Assembly: GCF_009914755.1 (NCBI RefSeq)
Contig: NC_060927.1
Strand: one strand, 5' to 3'
Source: the human T2T-CHM13v2.0 reference genome, Homo sapiens
DNA length: 64,000 bases
The first letter of the stretch is position 1; the number at the start of each line of letters is the position of its first letter. Below the pieces are notes generated by a model. It was given only the letters and a program-made list of their open reading frames with translations. It was not told the origin of the DNA and searched no databases. The position numbers were made by a program, and so were the translations under genes. Positions 55,166-64,000 of the stretch are shown here, piece by piece.

Positions 55166-56138
55166 ACATTTAGGCAGGAGACTTTCTATTGTGTGCCCCG
55201 TTGCAGACAGGGCCAGGGAGAAATTAGCCAGTGCAGGGGGAAAATTGCCTCTGAATAATGAATGATGAAAGCCTGACGCCGTGCCCCTCCTGGCCCATAC
55301 GCCTTGCCAGGGCGGCAGGATTGTCACACCGTTTTAGGACTCTGTGCCACTTTGAGAGACTGTTCCCAGGAGGCCCAACCGCAGACCTGGCAAGTGGACA
55401 GTGCAGTGTGGAGACACCTTCCGGCTTACCTCTTTGAAAGTTGTTTACCTACCCCTTTCCACGTGCTCCCCTTCCCAGCCACTGACTCACAGTTCTCTGG
55501 ATGCCCAGACACCTCTCTTCAGGGAAGATGAGTCTGACTGGTTTGCCCCAGGGAAGAGTGTATCCTTACCATTATTTTAAGTAGCATTTGCATTTTAAAA
55601 GAGGAATGCGGAGAGGACAGTACTTAGTCCAAAGGTGCTAACGGGGGAACTGGGGGCATTGTGACACCCAAGTCTGATGTGTCCTGGGTTGGGGGGCCTT
55701 CCTGGAGTGTCAGGGTCTCTGGGCAACGTCCATTCAGGGTGCGGCATGGCTGTCACAAAGCTTTATTTGAGCAAATTATTTTTTCACTTTAGGAGACTTC
55801 TACAAGTTTGTTTCCTGTTTCAAATGTGTGTGTGATGTGCTGTTTATTTATCAGCTTGAGGTCCATGGGGGCAGCCTTGTGACTGGAAGGGTGGATATGG
55901 GAGACACATTCTCTACCTGCTCCGAGCCTGGTCCTCTCGCAGGAATGCTGCTGCTGCCTCCGCCGCCACTGCTGCTGCCACCTCTTATATGTTTCAGACA
56001 CTCTCTGCCCAGACTCATTTTTAACTGGAAATCATCACAGCAGTGGGATATCAGAGCCCCAGACAGCACTGCCTCTTCCTCCCCACCCCACTGCCCCCAC
56101 CTTAATGTGAATTTGACTGATGAATGAAGAGCGTTTCT

Positions 56139-56144
56139 AATAAA
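56139..56144 (+). terminator. SPSB4: Main polyadenylation signal (AATAAA)
   Basis: AATAAA, a CA dinucleotide ~12 nt downstream, and a GU-rich element at ~56178-56190. An additional ATTAAA lies at 56172-56177. Confidence 0.8.
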
Positions 56145-58879
56145 GTTTGTCATTCAGTCCTTCAGCTGCGTATTAAATGTTGTTTGGGGAGGGACCCAGA
56201 GAGCTTCTTCCATCAACCTGCCTGGTCCGTCAGACTGATAGAAGCCAGGCACGTGAATCCCTCTTTAGACATTTCTTGTCTCTTCTGACTTGTGGTCCTT
56301 GCTTGAGCCCAAACTCCAGCTATTTTGCAAAGGCCTGCCCTGGACAAGAGAATGTGCCTGTGTCCTGGGTACATGCAAAGCTGACCTTATGGTGGAGAAA
56401 CAACTCAGCCTCCTGTTGCCAGAGCCAAGGGGTAGCCCTGCAAAGGGGCTTAGGGTCAGGCAGGGCAAACCCTATGGAACACCAGTTTCCAAGTGGACTG
56501 GAGGTGGGGCTGGATGTGACTGTAGTGAATGCATGTTGTCACCAAGGAGCAGTGCAAATTGTTGAAGCATGAGTGTAAAGAAAGGCCAGGCTCAGAGCTG
56601 ATAGCAGTTCAGGAGTTAGAGTCAGGATAGGGTCTGGGTAAGGACTGGAATAGCATTCATTCAGCAGTACCAGCCAACAGCATGCGCTGTGCCAATTTCC
56701 AGGGACCCAGCGCCCAGGCTGATATATCTCATCTCCAGAGATGTGTAGTACAGCATAATAAAGTGAGAAGGAGCTCATGAAGAGGGGTGGATGAGAATAG
56801 AATATGAAGGGAAGGCTTCCTGGAGGAAGAGGCACTCTCCAGACTTGTTATTTTAAGGGCAGACAAGCTTCCTGAGGACCACCAAGAGACCAAACTTGCA
56901 GCACCTGCCCCCAGGGTAATGTTTCCAGCTCTGACCTCGGGGCTGGGCTCCGCATCAGGCAGCTTTCAGTCATTTTGTTTGCCAAAGGCAGCTTCCTGTG
57001 GCCATGACATGGAGGCTTTGAGGCTTTGTGTGTAGGAAGCCTGGGTTTGAGTCCCAGCTTCATCGTTTATGTGCTATGACCTTGGGGAAGTCACTTCCTT
57101 CTGTGCACACTGTGCTGGCTGAGCCAGGTAGCCAGTAACTGGGAACTCTTCCTCTCCCAGCTCATGGAGTCCCCATCTCAGCACCAGCTTTCCAGCTTGG
57201 ATGCATCTGTCTTATCTCGGCTTCCAAGCCTCACTTATGTGGTTTCCCTCACCCTAACAATGTCCTCCCCATCTTTACCCTCTCAAGGATCTGGCTTAGC
57301 GTGGCTTCCTTGAGGAAGCCCTCTTTAACCACTCCCCCCATCTCTGCTTCTTCTGAGAATTCAGCTCTTCATGTCCTGACCTGAGGATGCCACTCCTGGG
57401 GCCCAGGACCCTCTCCTGAGCACAGGGACTTGAGCTCCTTTGCCCTGTGGTCTCACCTGCCCAGGGAGCTGTGGACCTTTGACGGGCAGGGCCTCTGCCT
57501 GCTCCTTCCCACACAGCCCAGACCAGACACATGGGCTCAGCAAAGATGGAGTGGTGGGTGAAGGTGCCCCTGCAGCTGGGATGACCATGGGAAACTGCAA
57601 GGAGGAGCGGGGAAGGGAGGATCCTCCCAGAGCCAAGAACCTGGCCTTGAGGCCTCACGGATCTCTTGCCCTTTCATTCCCTCACCTTTTCCCAGGTATT
57701 TATAAGGCATTTTTCATGCACTCAGCACTATTATGAGAACATGAATAAGGAAATCTGGCCCTGCCATATCAGAGCTCACATTCTAAGGGAGAGACAGGAC
57801 ACACAAGCAAAGAAACAGATGATGTCAGAGGGCGGAGATGAGCAGCGGGTAGGCTAGAGCCAGGGAGCAAAAGGGACCCAGTAATTGAGGGTGATGGGGG
57901 GAGGCCCTCTGGGAAGATGCTGAGTACTGAAGAAATGAGAGGGAGCCAAATACCTGAAAGGGCGTGGATCTCCAGGTCATGGGGGGACTTCTGGCTCTCC
58001 CAACCTTCTCAAAGTGGGAACTCCCGAGCCCCAATGAGTTGAGCTGAGGAAAGGAAGCCCCTGTGCTGCCACTCCTGCCCAAGCCGCAGCTCAGCATCCC
58101 TGTGTGTGTGAGCCCCACACACCTCCAGGCTTGCTTGTGCAATTGTGCTCCCTGCAGGCATGCAAGTGCACCCACACACAGACACACACACGACCAAGGG
58201 CCTCTCCCCAGCAGACATCCTGGGAGCTCATGACCACCCCCCAGCGCCAGAGTCCATTATAACCCGGGCCCAGCCCCCTCCCATGCTTGGCACATTCTCT
58301 AAAGTTTGGCCTCTCCACGACCCATTTCCAGCAGGGGGACTTGCCAAAGCAGTCTCGCTAGTCACTTTGTAATTGTCTACGAATAGAGCATATGGTGGCA
58401 CCGTCCCCCACAGATCTGATGATCCCCATGAGCACCCTGTTTCACTCTACCCCATTTGACATTCCCATATTCTGAGTAAAGCCACCCTTTTTCCCTTGCT
58501 TTCCTCCTCTGTCATCTGCACTAGCAGCTGGCTCCTGTGTGGGTTATCTTTCACTAGGAAACAAACATTTCATCTCCTTACAGTGTTACAGAAGAAGTGG
58601 GAGCAGGTAGCAAGTAACCCCATTATATGGCAGTTGATTTGTGCCAGGGCAGCTGTCTCTGTCCCCAGGGCCTTGGTCCCAGCCACAGCCTCTGAACAGG
58701 CGGCGCATATTTGCCAAGTCAGAAGAACAGGGAACCACACAGCATTACTCTTCAGGTCCCTAACAAGGAGTGGAAATGCCCAGTTTTAGTCCAAAACACA
58801 AGAAAATTGGTCCACTCTTGCCTATAGTTCTGGGTGCTTGGATCTCATTCCAGCCTACAGATTTGTTTTGTTATCATAC

Positions 58880-58880
<1 letters not shown>

Positions 58881-58942
<62 letters not shown>
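58881..58942. repeat. (TG)26(CG)3(TG)2 microsatellite
   Basis: Read directly; unbroken purine-pyrimidine alternation. Confidence 0.95.
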
Positions 58943-58943
<1 letters not shown>

Positions 58944-59534
58944 TTTAATAAAATTGAGCCTAACAAAGAAAAATCAAGTAATTTAATAGAAAAATCCAGA
59001 TTTCAGACTTCTCTTGAAAAATGGGGAGAGGTGTTAAAGCCAGGCCCACATTCCTTCATGGTGAGGTTGGCCAAAGCTGAGTAAAGGAAAGGCCTCTGCT
59101 CTGTGGTCCAGCCCTACGTCCAACCCTCCCACAACATAGCACTGGGACCTCTCACTGCCGCCACCCTCAAGGGCGTTCACTCCCTGCGTCTGGGCTAAGG
59201 CTTCTGAGTTTGCTTCTCTGGACTATTGGTATAAGACACATAAGTGGGTAGTAAGTACCCACACGTAGGCGTGCACACACATACACACACACGCGTGCAC
59301 ACACACACACCCACGACAGAGGGAGGGCTCAGGAGGGGAGAGTCTGCTAGCTCTGCACTTGACTTTGAAGTCTCTCCAGCCTCAGCCACCAATATTCAAG
59401 GAGCTCACAGATGCCCAGGATCTTTACTCAGACACCAGAGAAACCCAGGTGTTCCTGGCTAGATGGTGAACTCCTAGAGGACAAGGACAAGAATTCTCAG
59501 GGCCTATTTGTAATGAGCTGGGTGACATGATTAG

Positions 59535-59705
59535 ACAGCCTGGCTGCACATTAGAATCCCTTGAGGAACTTTGTAAAAAGGCCCAGTGTACAGGCCCTTC
59601 TTCAGTCCAATTAAATCAGGACCTCTGTGGGTAGGGCCGGGCCATGGCAGTTTTTAAAGCTCCCTAGATGGTTCTAATGCTCAACTAGGGCTGAGAACCA
59701 CTGGA
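59535..59705. mobile_element. MER5B-like hAT-Charlie MITE
   Basis: ggctgcacattagaatc...aattaaatcagga...tttttaaagctccctagatggttctaatg...gctgagaaccactg. Confidence 0.7.
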
Positions 59706-60227
59706 TAAGGCGCTTAATTAAGTCAGCTCCTTGAAGAGGTGGTTGACGTTTGTGAGAATGCACATCCTAGACCAGAAAACGCTGGCCCAGGCTCCCTGCA
59801 TTCCCACAGCCGACGGGATACTGAGTGGTGGGAGTCCCCAGTGTGGCCAGGTCCAAAGGCAGGGAGTCCCTCCCAGCCCTTCTTCCCCCTTTCCAGCGAT
59901 GCCGAGCTGGTTGCTCCTGAGCATGGGGGAGAAAGGACCAGCCACACCTGCCCTGATGCTGCACAATTCTTGACAAATTGACTGCAGCCCCACTCGCTCC
60001 CTGACCTGTGAGGCCCAAGCTGTGGGGCAGTCTTCCCAGACAGCATTGTCCTGAGCAATCAGAATAACCGTAGAATTAGAAGTGAAGAGCAGACTGAGAA
60101 TGGCTTGGTCTTCAATGTACTATTTTGAATAGAAAAATTTGAGCTTATGAGAATTTGAGATAGTGAGTGGTTTGGTTCCTGGCATTTCCAAACCTTGCTT
60201 TCTTAAGGCCAGGTAACACATTTGGCC

Positions 60228-60335
60228 AATAATAAATAATAAATTATAATTATAAATTATATGCTTATCATTATAATTATAATTTATATTTATATTTGTA
60301 TTTATAAATTATATAGTTATAATTATAAAATTATG
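60228..60335. repeat. AT-rich low-complexity tract
   Basis: Repeated ttataattata units. Confidence 0.8.
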
Positions 60336-60979
60336 CCCTTCACACACACACTTCTAGGTTTTAGAGTAAAATGAGCCATGAACAAGCCAAGCCTGGCTTG
60401 ATGGCAGTGTTAGTGTCCCCAGCTGCTCTGCCTCTTCAATAAGCAGGGCTCTTTCCCTGGGAGGAGGCCTGGTACTGGGTGAGTGCAGCCCAGTTAGTCC
60501 ATGGAGGAGGATCAGGGTAGGTCATTTCCCTTCTTCCAACCAGCTCCAGGGGCCTCAGTAACACTGTTCCTATGCCTGGGGATTTCCATTCAAGGGAGAT
60601 AATATGTTGATGATTTGCTGCACAGTGATGGCATTTAAAAAAAAAAAGAGTTGCCTGTTACTTGCCTGATTCAACAAATGGCTCTGTACCAAGCTCTGTG
60701 CAAGCTCAAGAACACTCCTGCTGCCCGAGAGCGCCCCTACACCTCAGGGAGACCAACAGGCAAACAGGTGTCAACTGCCTGCTGACAGGATGGGCAGCAG
60801 GCCAGTGGAGAGAAGGCACAACAGAAACAAGTGCTGGAGTGTAGAGAGCATAGAGTGTGGTGGGGAGTGTTGAGGAATCCCAGACAACAGAGGAGAAGCT
60901 ACATGGGGTGGCTCGGGGGACACACACTGATGAAGGGTGGGGCCTTGCAAGTCACACTCAGGAATAAAGGTTTGGGATT

Positions 60980-61336
60980 TGTCTTAGTAAGTTCGTGTTG
61001 CTATGACAAAGTACCACAGACTGCATAGCTTGTAAATAACCGGAATGTAAATATTCCTCACACTTTTAGAGGCTGGAAGTCCAAGATCAGGGTGCCAGCA
61101 TGGTCAGTTTCTGGCAAGGGCCCTCTTCCGGGTTGCTGACTGCTGACTTCTCATTGTGTCTTCACATGGCAGCGAGCAAAAGAGCTCCCTAGGGCCTCTT
61201 TTATAAGGGCACTAATCCTATTCATAAGGCTCCACTCTCACAACCTAATTAGGTCCCACCTCCTAGTACCATTATGTTGAGGGTTAGGATTTCAACATAT
61301 GAACTTTGGAGGGACACAAATAGTCAGTCCATAACA
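60980..61336 (-). mobile_element. ERVL-MaLR solo LTR (MLT1A0-like)
   Basis: tgtcttagt...taccacagactg...ggctggaagtccaagatcagggtgccagcatgg...cttttataagggcactaatc...cagtccataaca. Confidence 0.85.
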
Positions 61337-61339
61337 GTA

Positions 61340-61850
61340 TGGGTCAATGTTCTAGGAGGAAACAGCTAGCACACTGAAATAGTAGACTGAAGAGAGTTCA
61401 GTAAGAAAGGGACTATTTACAGATGCATGGGCAGAGTTCGGGGAAACCAGCAGCTGAGGGTGAGGAACCCTGGGGTGGCAACACTGGGAGGGAAAACCAT
61501 TAGCATCCCTAGGCTCAAAGGGCCAATAAAAGGGAGCAGTAACTGGGAAAAGAAAAAAACACAGCTGTAAGAGAGAGCCACCCAACAGGAGATACGAGGT
61601 TAGATGGAGGAACAGAGCCACAGCCACTGCCAACTAAAGCCTGGCAAGGAGGAAGCAGGACATAAATATTCTCACTTGCCCTTGCTCTTCCTCTCATCTC
61701 CTGTCTGTGCCTCCCACTGGCTGAAACTCAGGAGCACAGCAGACAAGGGAACCTGATTGGTATCATCCACAGACATCAGCTTTCTACACACAGAGCAGGG
61801 CAGAGGAGGAGGGAGAGTGGACGAGTGTCAGGAGAAGACTATATGCAACA
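61340..61850. mobile_element. Probable old ERV LTR relic (family uncertain)
   Basis: aagggactatttacagatgcatgggcagag...ctgtgcctcccactggctgaa...cagacaagggaacc resembles old LTR families. Confidence 0.35.
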
Positions 61851-62237
61851 GACTTTATCTATAGGATAAACAAACAAAATTGCAAAAATGCAAAACTTGA
61901 GTGCATAAATAGATAAAAGCTAATTTGTTTCAAATGTGGGTGGGGGACTTTTGAACCCCACTCCCGTACCTCTCCCATCTGAACATCAGATGCTAAATAC
62001 CTGAAACACCTCCAAAGAGCCTTAGGTTATCATCAAAATTACATTATTCCTAAAGTACAACCCAAATGTGTGACACAAACAGGTAGGTCCAGAGCCTAGA
62101 ACTAGATTTTGTAAATGCTGTTGCAAGAGCGACAGAGGATTTGAAGTGGGAATGATGAGGTCCAGTTTGTGTTTTTGTACAGCCTTCCTGCAGGGTCTTT
62201 GGATGGGGGCTTAGCAAGTCAGCAGGAGTAGAGGTGG

Positions 62238-62539
62238 GTAGCGGGCATGGTGGCTCATGCCTGTAATCCCGGCACTTTACAAGGCCAAGGCAGGCAGATC
62301 ACTTGAAGTCAGGAGTTCAAGACCAGCCTGGCCAACATGGAGAAACCCTGTCTCTACTAAAAATACAAAAATTAGCTGGGTGTGGTGGCCCACACCTGTA
62401 GCCCCAGCTACTTGGGAGGGTGAGTCAGGAGAATTGCTTGAACCTGGGAGTCAGAGGTTGCAGTGAGCCAAGATTGTGCCATTGCACTCCAGCCAGGGTG
62501 ATGGAGCAAGACTCCATCTCAAAAAAAAAAAAAAAAACC
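62238..62539 (+). mobile_element. AluS (Sz/Sx-like)
   Basis: Full dimer. Degenerate TSD aggagtagaggtggg/aagagtacaggtggg. Confidence 0.88.
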
Positions 62540-62724
62540 AAGAGTACAGGTGGGGAAATTGAGGGAAAGGCTGTTGGTTCTAGGGAGAAAAACAGGGCCT
62601 GAATGAAGTCCATGGGAGTAGGGGCTGGGAAAGAGAGCTGCTGCAAACAGGCCAAGTCCACAGAGATTAGTGACTTGGTGCATGCAGGACTCCGGCAAGA
62701 AAAGAAGTGAGGACACTCGCAATC

Positions 62725-62900
62725 CATTCATTCACTTGTTCTCTATACATTTATTCGGGGCCTGCTATGTGTGAGGCACTGCTGTTGATGCAGAGGACAC
62801 TACAATGAAGAAAACAAATATAAAATCTGCACCCTTGGAGAGCTTATACTCTAGTACAAAAGGTGCATAGACAGGTAACCTGGTAAATGTAAAGTATCTC
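62725..62900 (-). mobile_element. L2 3' fragment
   Basis: cattcattcac...catttattcggggcctgctatgtgtgaggcactg...ttggagagcttatactctag. Confidence 0.65.
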
Positions 62901-62952
62901 ACATGCATGCTAAGCCAGGAAGGAGTAGAGAGAGCAGATGGCTGCGTTGCCA

Positions 62953-63376
62953 CAGTAGTGTGTTTGTAAATGTTTAACAACCATCTCTCTGGGGATAAGT
63001 AAAAGATTTGTAGTGTTTGCTGTTTTCCATAATGTAAATACTCCCACCACAGCCAATTTTAAGCTCCAACGTGATGCCACTGAATGCAGATTGGGAAAAG
63101 ATGATCAGTAGCCAACCATCATAGAGTGTTTCCAATCATACAGATATGGTAGATGTAAATGATCTGAACAGCAAAGATAATAATGAAATGTAGTAAAATA
63201 ATTAAAAAGTGATGAGTTTTAAGTATTTATTTGTTTTTAATGTAATTTATTTAATTGTACACTTATATAATTTAATTTTTAATAATGACTGTAATAAATA
63301 GCCAGTTTGAAAGATTTCCAAAGTTTTAACCATCAGTTTTTGCAAGCCAGTATGAGCTGGCTCCAGGATACTACTA
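62953..63376. mobile_element. MER63-like hAT (Blackjack) element
   Basis: Ends cagtagtgtgtttgtaaatgtttaacaacc and gagctggctccaggatactacta. Degenerate 8-bp TSD cgttgcca/tgttgctg. Confidence 0.65.
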
Positions 63377-63669
63377 TGTTGCTGAAATTAGGATTATCCC
63401 ATATTAATTCTGACCTTGTTTGGGTACTCTACCAAGTTTCAGCACATTTCACTTGGCCTAACATTACAATGGTCCCTTTTCTGACAGTCCCCTTGATGAG
63501 TGATGAAGATAAGCTGGCTTAGAGTAGATGGGAGTGAGGGAAACCAAGCCTCAATGAAGTTTTCACAGCAATGACCTACACAGAGTCTGACCCATGTATG
63601 AGAGTTTATACCTCTAACTATTCCTGGGCACCCAGCATGCACACAACATTACCAGAGACACTAGTTCAA

Positions 63670-63715
63670 AACAGAGATGCAAAGATCTGAAAATGTTAGC
63701 AAATCAAACTTAGGA

Positions 63716-63757
<42 letters not shown>

Positions 63758-64000
63758 ATGTATGTATGTATAGGTTCATCATGACCAAAGTGAATTCATT
63801 TTATGAGTACAAGTTTGGCTTAATAATCAAAAAGTGATATAATCATATTGTCCAAATTTAAAAAATTAAAAAAATTATCATCTCAATAAAGGTAGAAAAA
63901 TTATTTGCTAAAATTCAATACCTTGTTTATGATTCTGGAAAAAACTTTCATAAAACTAGGAAGAGATACACTTACTTAAACTAGTAAAGGATATCCTATG
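63670..64000 (+). mobile_element. Ancient L1M ORF2 fragment with internal (TA)n/(TATG)n microsatellite
   Basis: gatgcaaagatctgaaaatgttagcaaat...catcatgaccaaagtg...atcatctcaataaaggtagaaaaa...aaaattcaatacc. (TA)n at 63717-63748. Confidence 0.65.

Larger units (their letters stand above)
54823..56160 (+). other. SPSB4: SPSB4 3'UTR (end approximate)
   Basis: Repeat-free sequence after the stop codon, ending at AATAAA 56139-56144 with a downstream GU-rich tract (tgttgtttgggg). Confidence 0.8.

Noticed and set aside
60228-60335. AT-rich quasi-palindrome as a hairpin or miRNA
   Set aside because: Low complexity explains the self-complementarity.

Overview
Human (primate) genomic DNA; human-specific AluYa5 and AluYg6 copies are present. 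The window holds the distal ~54.7 kb of the long last intron of SPSB4 (SPRY/SOCS-box protein 4, + strand), its terminal exon (SOCS-box coding part 54695-54822, 3'UTR to a poly(A) site near 56160), and ~8 kb of downstream DNA. Most of the rest is interspersed repeat: 9 Alus, two near-full-length antisense L1PA elements, a large L1PB, MaLR LTRs, MIR/L2 and DNA-transposon relics. No prokaryotic-type system is present and the ORF track is noise apart from L1 fragments. The most notable structures are: (1) a four-level nested insertion at 38.9-51.9 kb (L1ME > L1PB > polyadenylated retrocopy > L1PA3/4); (2) an apparently spliced L1PB 5'UTR carrying ~370 bp of foreign 5' sequence; (3) a probable non-allelic gene-conversion tract between the two L1PAs 18.4 kb apart; (4) an L1 antisense-promoter ORF0 donor in phase with the SOCS-box exon. 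Repeat subfamily calls come from recalled consensus sequences and need RepeatMasker/Dfam confirmation.
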